Positions 50,498-64,000 of a DNA stretch of 64,000 bases are shown in pieces (position 1 is the first letter of the stretch; each line of letters begins with the position of its first letter). Location: the NCBI GenBank assembly GCA_965277805.1, contig OZ255842.1, positions 1,248,001 to 1,312,000 of the forward strand, read 5' to 3'. Source of the DNA: Candidatus Lustribacter sp. GTDB taxonomy: Bacteria > Vulcanimicrobiota > Vulcanimicrobiia > Vulcanimicrobiales > Vulcanimicrobiaceae. Under the pieces are notes generated by a model. It had not been told where the DNA came from. It did not search any database and saw nothing but the letters and a program-made list of their open reading frames with translations. A program made the position numbers and the translations under genes.

Positions 50498-50819
50498 CGC
50501 ATAAGTCTGTGGGTCTCTATGACCGACCAGGCATCATGCGCGGCGAAAGCCGCGTTTTTGTTTGGCCGGGTATTTGAGAACAAAATGATCGACGCGTCGT
50601 TTGGGATTCCGGCTCCACCGGTCCCCGATCGAACGTCGACCGTACAAAGAACTATGACAGCCGGCTCGATCGCAAGGTCGACGCCGAGCCGATCCGATTC
50701 GCAATCGGATCAAAAGCATTCATCCTTAGTGATAGGGATGGAAGCTTCGGGTAAATTTCGTTCAGAAATTTGCCCATGTCAGCGGCTAATAGAGCCTTCA
50801 AAAGGCTCCGTAAAGAAAT

Positions 50820-52325
<1,506 letters not shown>

Positions 52326-52790
52326 AGTACATGTCATTGGATCTCGCCTAGCGCGATCGCAATGACGTACATTCTTAAGTCGACCACAGATGAACCAGAC
52401 GATCAGGGTTCCGCCGGCCAGTTATGGCTAAGGGGGGATGAGATTGAATGGTCGGATGTTTTCAGCATCCGCTGCGCGGCCCTCACTGTGAGGGTCTTTC
52501 ACGAAGGACGAATTTCGTAACAGAAATTCGCCCCTATGCCGGGTTCGCTCGGTAGAAACTGTACTGTTCAGCTTTGAGGGTTCGGACCCTCACGTTCCGT
52601 TGCCGGATCTTTTAAACGATGCCGGCACGGAGATTCGTGAGGAAGTCGACACCTCGATCCTTGAAAACTGCATAGAGAAGAACTTTCATGTGCCAAACAT
52701 GAAAAGCGGCCCGCCCGCAGAGGGTGGGTGCAATTTCGAGTAATGTGGCGCGTTCGAAAGAATGCGGCACAGATTCTTTGCGTCTTAGAA

Positions 52791-56132
<3,342 letters not shown>

Positions 56133-56242
56133 AGACATACGCAAATACCTCGAAATAGACCGGTACATGAAAGTTCTTCTCTGTGCAGCTTTCCGCGTCG
56201 ATCGTCTTGAGCTCCGGCTCGACGTCTACGCGGGATCAGATT

Positions 56243-56358
56243 TCTGGCGGCCATAGCGTTGGGGTTCCACCCGTTCCCATCCCGAACACGGCAGTTAAGC
56301 CCAACAGCGTCGATGGTAGTCGGACCGCAGGGTCCCTCGAGAGTAGAACGTCGCCAGA
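56243..56358 (+). rRNA. rrf: 5S rRNA
   Basis: TCTGGCGG...CCCATCCCGAACAC...GATGGTAGT...TCGCCAGA; terminal helix pairs. Confidence 0.97.
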
Positions 56359-56373
56359 TTACTAACCGAATGC

Positions 56374-56414
56374 AGGCCGCCGATCAGCAATGATCGAGCG
56401 GCCTCTTCGTTTTT
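56374..56414 (+). terminator. rRNA operon terminator
   Basis: AGGCCGC-CGATCA-GCAA-TGATCG-A-GCGGCCT followed by CTTCGTTTTT. Confidence 0.75.
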
Positions 56415-56439
56415 CCAGCTTCAGTCGAGGAGAAGTGCT

Positions 56440-57501
56440 TTGGTATCGAACGTGAAGCGCGCAGTTGCGCGCGCCGCCGTAATGGCCATTGCGCTTTCAC
56501 TCGCACTGGCTGCGCTGCCGGCCCATATTGCCATTGCTCAAGCGCGGCCCACTCCGGCGGCGACGTCGGCGGGTGCGCTCGAGCTGCAGCGGATCGACGC
56601 GTTCTGGTCGACGGGCCCACAGCAAGAGTGGTTCGAGCCGAGGTTCTTGCAGACGATTCCGTTTGGGATGATCGCGCCGATTCCCAAGCGCGTCACTGAT
56701 GGGCTCGGTGCGTATCGCCGGACGACCGGCTCGGGCGGCCGATACATTTCGGAGTTCGAGAAAGGCACGGTCGAGGCGCACATCCACATTGATGCGGAAG
56801 GCAAGATCGATAATTTCCGGCTCCTATCGCCGGTGCTGAAGGCGGGCGGCCTCGATGCTCCGGCAAAACAGCTCAGCGCTTTGCCCGGCAACATTGCCTA
56901 CGTGTTGATCGAAGATAACCGCGAGCGCGCGATGCAAAACCCGAACGTGGCGCTCGCTGCCGGTTCGGCTTCAAAGCTGCCGGTTTTGGCCGCTCTACGC
57001 GATCAGATCGCAACGGGTCGGCGGCACTGGAGCGACGTCGTTCCGCTGCAAGAACGCTGGAAGTCGTCTGGATCCGGGCCGTTGCAGTCGTGGCCGCCAG
57101 GAACGCCGATCACGATAGCAACCTATGCGGCGCAAATGATTTCCGTTAACGACACCACGGCAGCGACCGCGCTCGCATCGGTTGTCGGAGCGCCCGCGAT
57201 TGCACGATACGCGAGCCGGAACGCGCTCTTTTCTCCACGTGAATTGTGCGCGCTGATGGACAAGGTCTCGGATCTGCCGCTGATGACGATCAATCCCGGC
57301 GTAGCCGATCCGGCCAAGTTCGCGCGTCTCGCATTTATCGGCAGTACCGAGCCGGGTGCGCTCACATTCGTCACCGCCGTGGTGACGAAAGCGGGATCTC
57401 ACGCATGCTTGGCACTCACCGTCAACAACCTGAAGCAATCGATCAACGAGCAATCCGTCTCGCTTCCCTATGATGCGATGCTCGACGCCATCGCGGGCTA
57501 A
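56440..57501 (+). CDS. Exported serine hydrolase of class A beta-lactamase-like fold with an N-terminal accessory domain
   Basis: Signal peptide; GSASKL SxxK motif; MISVNDTTAA at the SDN position. Confidence 0.75.
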   Translation: MVSNVKRAVARAAVMAIALSLALAALPAHIAIAQARPTPAATSAGALELQRIDAFWSTGPQQEWFEPRFLQTIPFGMIAPIPKRVTDGLGAYRRTTGSGGRYISEFEKGTVEAHIHIDAEGKIDNFRLLSPVLKAGGLDAPAKQLSALPGNIAYVLIEDNRERAMQNPNVALAAGSASKLPVLAALRDQIATGRRHWSDVVPLQERWKSSGSGPLQSWPPGTPITIATYAAQMISVNDTTAATALASVVGAPAIARYASRNALFSPRELCALMDKVSDLPLMTINPGVADPAKFARLAFIGSTEPGALTFVTAVVTKAGSHACLALTVNNLKQSINEQSVSLPYDAMLDAIAG

Positions 57502-57514
57502 CCGTGCAGCGGAG

Positions 57515-58870
57515 TCACCACTGCACGTTTGATGAACCCAGCGGCGACGCCGCGTAGTTCCAACGCATCGGCGTGCGCTCGATCGTGAGCGGCGCGCGAA
57601 GCCGCCGGGCGTCGCCCCATTCGGTGCCTTCGGCTTCGTCGCTCAAGTCGGTGGGTGCTTCGGGCGCAAGTTCTGCGTCGTCGTCCGGCACCGGCATTTG
57701 CACGAGTTCATGGGCGACCCGCGCAAGCGATGTGCGCGCGGTTATTGCGGCGCCGGTTTCCAAGCGGGTCGTGATTCCGCGGATGACGGTGGCGGCGAGA
57801 AGATAACCGGCGGCTTGATCGAGGGCTTGCACCGGCAGCGGAAACGGCCGCGCTTTTTCGAACCGCCGCATGCCTGCATCCGCAATGCCGCAACTCATTT
57901 GCACGAGGCTGTCGAAGCCGCGGCGGCCATGCCAGGGGCCGTCGAACCCGTACGCGTCGAGCGAGACATCGATGAGTTGCGGGCGGATGGTGCGGCGCCG
58001 CTCGGCATCGAGTCCCAGACGCTCGAGCGCGCCGGGGCGATAGCCGTGCACGAGAACGTCTGTTTCCGCGAGGAGCTTCTCGAATGCAGCGAGGCCCGCG
58101 CGGCTGCGCAGGTCAAGGCGCGCACAGCGTTTCCCGAGCGTCACTTCGGGCGCGAGACTCGGTTCATCCCAATCCGGCGGATCGATGCGCAGCACGTTCG
58201 CGCCGAACCCGGCTAGAAAGCGCGTCGCGACCGGACCGGCCAGCACGCGCGTCAAGTCGAGTACACGAATGCCTTTGAGCGGACGGGCTGCGTCGATCTG
58301 CCACGTTGCGAGCGGATTGCGGCGGAAGATCTGCCGGTGGACGAGCGGTTCCGCGGCGACCGCGATGCCCTGCGGATGCGCGGCCCACGCATCGATCGAG
58401 CGCATCGCCGCGGCGCATCCGCGGAACTGCACGATCGCGTTCTCGAGTTCTTCGGCATACCAGTGCGACACCGCCGTCGAGACTGCGGCCTTGTCTTCGG
58501 CGGCGTGCAAGACCGAAAGCGCGATCTTGCGGTGGTGCGGAGCGTTCGTGTGCAGCCGGATCCAACCGTCTTTGGCGAGATAGTCGCCCGCAACCGCGTC
58601 CCAAGCCGGCGGCATTTCCCACCCTTGGGGCCGAATCGAAAATCCAAACCACATCGATGCGAGGCGCCGGTCGACGGTCGCGCGCGCGTACGCGTCGCAG
58701 CGCTTGGCGATCAGTTCGGCAATGGCGGCACCGGCCACGCCGACCGCCCCGGCCGCGAAGTCGGTGACGGCAAAAACCGAAGGCAGCGCGCCCGTTCCGG
58801 TAACATCGACCTGTGGTAACTCTTCCGCGGCACCGCCGAGAGCCGTCCACCATTCCGCAAGCAACGTCAT
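57515..58870 (-). CDS. CaiB/BaiF family CoA-transferase (family III)
   Basis: PLKGIRVLDLTRVLAGP, GKR..LDL, GYRPGAL, RGFDSLVQ. Confidence 0.9.
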   Translation of the reverse strand: MTLLAEWWTALGGAAEELPQVDVTGTGALPSVFAVTDFAAGAVGVAGAAIAELIAKRCDAYARATVDRRLASMWFGFSIRPQGWEMPPAWDAVAGDYLAKDGWIRLHTNAPHHRKIALSVLHAAEDKAAVSTAVSHWYAEELENAIVQFRGCAAAMRSIDAWAAHPQGIAVAAEPLVHRQIFRRNPLATWQIDAARPLKGIRVLDLTRVLAGPVATRFLAGFGANVLRIDPPDWDEPSLAPEVTLGKRCARLDLRSRAGLAAFEKLLAETDVLVHGYRPGALERLGLDAERRRTIRPQLIDVSLDAYGFDGPWHGRRGFDSLVQMSCGIADAGMRRFEKARPFPLPVQALDQAAGYLLAATVIRGITTRLETGAAITARTSLARVAHELVQMPVPDDDAELAPEAPTDLSDEAEGTEWGDARRLRAPLTIERTPMRWNYAASPLGSSNVQW

Positions 58871-58879
58871 GACGAGGAC

Positions 58880-59731
58880 TTAGAAGACCGCATCCAACTC
58901 GACGTTCCCTTCGCGCACCGTCGTTCGGCGAACGTCGCGACGATATCGCTGGTCGTCGAATGGCATGGCGCGGTGCATGGTGGCGAGATTGTCCCACATG
59001 ACGACGTCGCCGAGGCGCCATGAATGGGCGTACACGAATTGCGGCTGCGTGGCGAACGCCATCAGCTCATCGAGCAACGCCCGTGCCTCCGGTTGGGAAA
59101 GGCCGACGATGGCGGAGATATGCGAGGCGAGGTAGAGCACTTTGCGTTTGGACGTCGGATGCTCGTGTAGGAGCGCGTGCCGCGCCGGCGGCCGATCGGC
59201 GCGCTCTTCGACGGTCGGCTCGGGACCGCCGCCGAGGACACGCGAGTAGTAGTAGTCGTGCTCCGCGATCAGCCCGTCGAGCCGCGCTTTCATCGCCGCG
59301 GGCAGCGCATCGTAGACGGCGCGCATGTCGGCAAACTCGGTCGCGGGCGCCGCGTCGCCGGGTGGAATGACGTGAGCGGAGAGCAGCGAGTATGTCGCCC
59401 GAACGGGGTGAAACGACATGTCGGTGTGCCACAAACGGTTGGCGCGTTTGTAGAGCATACGTTTGTCATCATCTGGAAAGATCGCGCCGTTCTCATCGAG
59501 ATTGCTCTGATCGATGATCTCCGGATACGGTACGCGCGCCGCTCCGGCGCGTTGCTTCATACGCTCGACCGGTCCGAGGAGCCGGCTGAACGCGACATGC
59601 TCGGCATCGCTCAATGGCGTTGCGTTGCGGAAGATGCCGACCGGAAAGCGATCCATCGTCGCGACGATGTCCACCAGCGTGGCGGCCGTTACCGGTTCGC
59701 GCAGGTCGACCGCAATCTCGGTTGCGATCAT
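58880..59731 (-). CDS. TauD/TfdA family 2-oxoglutarate/Fe(II) dioxygenase (TfdA-like)
   Basis: NRLWHTDMSF HxD motif, TEFADMRAVYD, WDNLATMHR. Confidence 0.92.
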   Translation of the reverse strand: MIATEIAVDLREPVTAATLVDIVATMDRFPVGIFRNATPLSDAEHVAFSRLLGPVERMKQRAGAARVPYPEIIDQSNLDENGAIFPDDDKRMLYKRANRLWHTDMSFHPVRATYSLLSAHVIPPGDAAPATEFADMRAVYDALPAAMKARLDGLIAEHDYYYSRVLGGGPEPTVEERADRPPARHALLHEHPTSKRKVLYLASHISAIVGLSQPEARALLDELMAFATQPQFVYAHSWRLGDVVMWDNLATMHRAMPFDDQRYRRDVRRTTVREGNVELDAVF

Positions 59732-59862
59732 GAGCGCAATTTCGCTTACTCGCTAGGGGCAGCCTTTTTCGCGTGCCCGTGCGGAGTTACCGGCTGGTAA
59801 CCGCCGGTGCGTACGGTTGATGCGAATCCACCGCTTCTCGCATAGCTAGATTGGAGTTTCTC

Positions 59863-60207
59863 ATGATCGCAAATGGACGTACGCTGGCCGGTTTCGCGCT
59901 AATCGCATTCGTTGGGTTGGCTCCGCTTTCGGCCCGAGCCGACGATGACGCCGGCATTCTCGCGCAACTGACCCGGTGCGCGAAAGCCGCGGGCGGCGCG
60001 GGCGACGTAATGGCCTGCACGTCGAATTTCATCCAGTCGGTGAAGAATTCGATCCCGACCGACGCACTCCCGAATCCGCTCCCGGGCCAGTACTACAACA
60101 ATCTGGAAGATCAAGAGGGGAAGATGATGCAGCGCATTGCGGACCCCAACGATATGGGCGATCCCGACGTACGCACGGCGCCGGCGAATCCCGACAACGG
60201 AAACTAG
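59863..60207 (+). CDS. Hypothetical exported protein
   Basis: GGAG RBS; signal peptide ending ARA; two Cys; acidic C-terminus. Confidence 0.65.
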   Translation: MIANGRTLAGFALIAFVGLAPLSARADDDAGILAQLTRCAKAAGGAGDVMACTSNFIQSVKNSIPTDALPNPLPGQYYNNLEDQEGKMMQRIADPNDMGDPDVRTAPANPDNGN

Positions 60208-61121
60208 GCGTCGAGCGCGGCCGCCAGTGCCGAGAGGTCTTGGACGTCCGGCATGGCGGCGCGTACGACGCATGCGTCGGCGTTGACCGCGAGCGTTTCG
60301 TCGCGAAAATACTCGCGCACGCGCGCTACCCACGGGTCGCCCAAATACGCGGCCAACGTTCCGAGCACGATGCAATCCAGCGCCAGCAGATCGGCCAGCA
60401 TCGAGCACGCCGTACCGACGGCGCGTTCGTTGGTGTCCAACGCCCACTTCGCGTCGGGATTGTTCTTGCGCACTTCGTCGATCACTTGGACCGGCGTTGC
60501 AATCGGGAAATCTTTCGGACGCCGGTAGCTGAGCAGCAGGCCGAGTGCGTTGGCCGACGCGTAGCCTTCGTACGAGCCCGGCTTTCCGAAGATGGCCGGA
60601 CCCTCGTCGCGAAAGCGCACGTGTCCGATCTCGGGCGAACGCCCGTCGAGCGCGTAACGCACCTTACCGCCGAGCACGAGCCCGCAGCCGAAGCCGGTGC
60701 CGCAGGTGAGATATGCGAGACCGTCCGCGCCGGCGTTCGGCCCCCAGCGCCATTCGGCGAGCGCGCAGGCGGCGGCGTCGTGATGAAGTCCCACCGCGCG
60801 GCCGGTGGCGCCGGCAATGCGATCGCGCAGACGAATCCCGTGCAAACCCGGTAGGTGCACGGCTTCGGTGATCTCGCCGCGCCGCACGTTCAGCGGGCCG
60901 CCGACCGCGATTCCGATGCGGCGGGCCGCGGGCGCGACTTGGCGCACCGCGTCGACAACCTGCGCGATCAGCAGTTCGCCGTCATCGACCGGGGTCGAGC
61001 CGCGCCAGCGCGAGACGATCGTGCCGTCCGCCGAGCCGCCGACCACGGTTGTGTTCGTCCCGCCGATGTTGATCCCGGCAAGCGTCGCGGTGCGATCGCT
61101 TAAGAACTCGATCTCGCCCAT
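60204..61121 (-). CDS. ROK family sugar kinase-like protein
   Basis: GINIGGT, HDAAACALAE, GTGFGCG, EIGH, GSYEGYAS. Confidence 0.88.
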   Translation of the reverse strand: MGEIEFLSDRTATLAGINIGGTNTTVVGGSADGTIVSRWRGSTPVDDGELLIAQVVDAVRQVAPAARRIGIAVGGPLNVRRGEITEAVHLPGLHGIRLRDRIAGATGRAVGLHHDAAACALAEWRWGPNAGADGLAYLTCGTGFGCGLVLGGKVRYALDGRSPEIGHVRFRDEGPAIFGKPGSYEGYASANALGLLLSYRRPKDFPIATPVQVIDEVRKNNPDAKWALDTNERAVGTACSMLADLLALDCIVLGTLAAYLGDPWVARVREYFRDETLAVNADACVVRAAMPDVQDLSALAAALDA

Positions 61122-61139
61122 ACGGGCGCGGTTCTACGT

Positions 61140-62966
61140 CTAGCGGCGTTGTGCCGTTGAGCGCGGGAACATTCCGGCGAGCACGCCCTTCACGGATTGC
61201 ACGAACGCCGGTGTCCGCTCCGGATCGCCCTTGAGCATTGCCTTTCCGAACGACGTCATCTGCTCGCGTGTAATGTGCGCGGGCAGCATCGAGATGTTCG
61301 GATCGGTCCGGACCTCCAGCACGACAGGGCGGCGCGCGGCGAAGGCGGCTTCGAACGCCGTCCCGAGTTCGTCGGCGCTCGCGACGCCGATACCCTCGAA
61401 TCCGAGCAGGCGCGCGAATGCGGCCATCGAGATATCGGGCAGGTGTTGCGAGCCGGGGAAGTCCGGCGCGCCGCTCTCGATGCGCATCTCCCACGTGACC
61501 TGGTTGAGATCGCGATTGTTCGCAACCACGAACACGATGCTGGGATCGGCCCAGCGCTCCGCGTAGCGCTTCAACGTGATCAACTCGTTCATGCCGTTCA
61601 TCTGCATCGCGCCGTCGCCGGTGATCGCGACCGGCGTGCGATCCGGAAAGGCGAACTTCGCGGCGATCGCATACGGAACCGCGGAGCCCATCGTCGCGAG
61701 CCCGCCCGAGAGCGACCACTTCATGCCGCGCCGCAATTGCAGATGGCGTGCGGCCCAGTTCGTCGACGTTCCGGCGTCGGCCGTGATGATGCAGCCTTCG
61801 GGCAAGTGCCGGTTGAGTTCGACGAACACGTCTTCCGGGTTCACTCCGTCCGTGCCGGCGATGGCGGCGCGCGTCGCGTTGACGCGGTCCGCGCGCATTG
61901 CCATCTCCGCGATCGACGTACGCCACGAGGTATCGGTTTTCTGCGTCAGCAGCGGTAACAGCGCCTCGAGCGTATCGCGCGCGCTGCCCTGCAGGTTCAC
62001 TTCCGTTGGGAAGCGCACGCCGAGACGCGCGGCGTTGAGGTCGATCTGCACGCCGCGCGCGTGTCCCTCGTGCGGGAGAAATTGCGCGTAGGGATAGTTG
62101 GTGCCGATCATGAGCAGCGTGTCGCACGCGCGCATCATGTCGCTCGAAGCCGCGGTACCGAGCAATCCGATCGTGCCCGTTACCCACGGCAAATTGTCCG
62201 GCAGCACGGCCTTTCCGAGCAGCGCTTTCGCGCAGCCGGCTTGCAGCCGGTCCGCGGTGAGTTCGACCAGATCCTCGGCACCGATCGCGCCCGCGCCCAC
62301 GAGAATCGCGACCTTGCTGCCGGCGTTGAGCACGTCCGCAGCACGGCGCAGCCCGTCTTCGTGCGGTACCAATTTCGTGCGCGAAAGCCCAACGCTCGAT
62401 GCGTTGTAGTTCATCAAATGCGGCGGCAGTTCGACCGCCGCTTCCTCTTGCAGATCCTTCGGAAAGATCAGCGCCGTGACGGTGCGTTCGCTCATCGCCC
62501 CGCGAACGGCGCGGTCGACGGCGTGCCGCACGCCGGCCGGGTGCATCAGCGTGACGAGGTACTCGCTCGCGACGTCTTTGAAGAGGTTGTGCAGATCGAC
62601 TTCTTGCTGGTACTCGCTGCCCATCGCGGTCGTCGCTGCCTGACCGGTCAGCGCGAGCACGGGTACGTGATCGGCCTTCGCATCGTAGAGCCCGTTGAGC
62701 AGATGGATCGCCCCCGGACCGCTCGTCGCCAAACACACGCCCAATTCGCCGGTGAACTTCGCGTGCGCGCAGGCCATGAATGCGGCTTGCTCTTCGTGCC
62801 GAACCTGGATGAAATCGATCGCGTCGCCGGCTTTGGCACGCGCTTTCTGATGCGCATCGATCGCGGCGATGATGCCGTTGATCCCGTCGCCCGGATACCC
62901 GAAGATCCGGCGGACGCCCCATTCGTGGAGCCGTTCGATGAGGAAATCGCCTACGGTGCCCGACAT
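61140..62966 (-). CDS. ThDP-requiring pyruvate oxidase/dehydrogenase-like protein
   Basis: FGYPGDGING, RHEEQAA, TSGPGAIHLLNGLYDA, GDGAMQM...NN. Confidence 0.92.
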   Translation of the reverse strand: MSGTVGDFLIERLHEWGVRRIFGYPGDGINGIIAAIDAHQKARAKAGDAIDFIQVRHEEQAAFMACAHAKFTGELGVCLATSGPGAIHLLNGLYDAKADHVPVLALTGQAATTAMGSEYQQEVDLHNLFKDVASEYLVTLMHPAGVRHAVDRAVRGAMSERTVTALIFPKDLQEEAAVELPPHLMNYNASSVGLSRTKLVPHEDGLRRAADVLNAGSKVAILVGAGAIGAEDLVELTADRLQAGCAKALLGKAVLPDNLPWVTGTIGLLGTAASSDMMRACDTLLMIGTNYPYAQFLPHEGHARGVQIDLNAARLGVRFPTEVNLQGSARDTLEALLPLLTQKTDTSWRTSIAEMAMRADRVNATRAAIAGTDGVNPEDVFVELNRHLPEGCIITADAGTSTNWAARHLQLRRGMKWSLSGGLATMGSAVPYAIAAKFAFPDRTPVAITGDGAMQMNGMNELITLKRYAERWADPSIVFVVANNRDLNQVTWEMRIESGAPDFPGSQHLPDISMAAFARLLGFEGIGVASADELGTAFEAAFAARRPVVLEVRTDPNISMLPAHITREQMTSFGKAMLKGDPERTPAFVQSVKGVLAGMFPRSTAQRR

Positions 62967-63041
62967 GCGGGGGTCATACCCGGCGCGGGCGGGGGCTACA
63001 CCGCGCTAGCGCGAAGCCCGTTGCTGAAAAGGAGACGCTCG

Positions 63042-63146
63042 GTGAATTTTACGGTTCCTATCTGCCTTTGTATCCTCGTCGTTGCGATCGCAGCTCTGAT
63101 CTTTTGGGGCAGCTTCGCGGAGGAACGTCGCGCGCGCGGCAGTTAA
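63042..63146 (+). CDS. Small single-pass membrane protein, 34 aa (not called separately in the ORF track)
   Basis: AAGGAG 7 nt before GTG; MNFTVPICLCILVVAIAALIFWGSFAEERRARGS. Confidence 0.6.
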   Translation: MNFTVPICLCILVVAIAALIFWGSFAEERRARGS

Positions 63147-63165
63147 GCGCACGCTTTCCACTGGT

Positions 63166-63627
63166 TCACAGACGCCCCGATTCGAATGTCGGCGGCCGTT
63201 TCCACGGATCGACGCCGCCGTCATCGAACGCGGCGTCGATTGTTTTTGACCACTGCTGCGACGGCTGGTCGACGATGACGACCGACCCTTGCACGAGCGC
63301 CTCGAGCGCACGCCACAAGTGGCGCACCACCAGCGAACGCGTGAACTCGTTGAGCCGTAGCCACGGATCGCCGGCGAAGAGTTCGAGCCGCGTCTCTGTT
63401 TCGCGCCGCCACACCATGTAATTGACGAAGATATCGCCGTAAACCGCGCGCGGGCCGTCGAATGCGCCGCGTATGCGGTCTTCGAGCACCTCTTGCCGTC
63501 GCGGCTGGCGGTGCCGGTGCCGAACCTTCGGCCGGCGAGCGTCGGCGCGCAGGCGCACCACTTCTACGGCGATCATCACCACGAGCGCCAGCAGCACGAC
63601 CGACGCCAGGACCAGCGGTACCATCAT
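63166..63627 (-). CDS. Hypothetical membrane-anchored protein
   Basis: GGAGGT RBS; N-terminal TM helix followed by a basic linker. Confidence 0.7.
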   Translation of the reverse strand: MMVPLVLASVVLLALVVMIAVEVVRLRADARRPKVRHRHRQPRRQEVLEDRIRGAFDGPRAVYGDIFVNYMVWRRETETRLELFAGDPWLRLNEFTRSLVVRHLWRALEALVQGSVVIVDQPSQQWSKTIDAAFDDGGVDPWKRPPTFESGRL

Positions 63628-63684
63628 ACCTCCACGGCGGGGGTACGATGGTTACCGCGGCCACTCGCTTGGTACCTTCTTAGG

Positions 63685-64000
63685 TTAGCCTATGTGCGCT
63701 GGGGCAAGATCGTGCGCTTGGAGCACGAGGCCGGGCGACACGATGTGCTTGTTCAGGCCCAGGAGCGAGGGGTCGATCCCCAGCGCCAGCCCGACGAGCT
63801 GCGGGAGATGGAAGGTCGGAAGGTCGGTGCGGCCCCAGCGCGCGGCCGAGTCGGCCTGATAGCCGTCGAGCGCCAGATGGCACAGCGGGCAGGGCGTGAG
63901 CACCGCCTCGGCGCCCTTGTCCTTCGCCATACGCATGTTCTGGCCGACCATCGCCGGGGCGATGCCGTCCTTTTCGAGCTGCACGTGGAACCCGCAGCAA
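63685..64000 (-). CDS. HdrB/SdhE-like CCG-domain Fe-S protein, 3' end only (partial)
   Basis: Reads [10 protein letters not shown]...[11 protein letters not shown]...[11 protein letters not shown] from the window edge. Confidence 0.85.
   Translation of the reverse strand, partial: CCGFHVQLEKDGIAPAMVGQNMRMAKDKGAEAVLTPCPLCHLALDGYQADSAARWGRTDLPTFHLPQLVGLALGIDPSLLGLNKHIVSPGLVLQAHDLAPAHIG

Overview
A high-GC bacterial chromosome window. The 16S V4 region resembles Candidatus Eremiobacterota/WPS-2 (Vulcanimicrobiota) from my recollection; this was not checked against a database. The window holds the str-S10-spc-alpha ribosomal protein cluster (rpsL end to rplQ), broken twice by ~9 kb blocks of accessory genes: between rpsJ and rplC, and between rpsM and rpsK. 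Each break has a terminator before it and a new sigma70-type promoter plus a structured leader after it. rpmD and infA are absent from their usual positions. A complete trpEGDCFBA operon follows rplQ directly, then a liv-type ABC transporter, a sulfurtransferase and lhgO. Next is an rRNA operon (16S-23S-5S, no spacer tRNA) and then catabolic/stress genes. Highlights: (1) a tandemly duplicated module of a Tat-signal ThDP-dependent enzyme plus a monoheme cytochrome c, a candidate uncharacterised extracytoplasmic ThDP oxidoreductase system; (2) a 302-nt ORF-less group I intron at 23S position U2500; (3) candidate ribosomal-protein leader RNAs before rplC and rpsK; (4) apparent non-canonical start codons for trpF (ATA) and a GAF-GGDEF gene (ATT/ATC); (5) an H54a-like 23S expansion helix. 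All calls are by eye from motifs, synteny and base-pairing; no searches were run.
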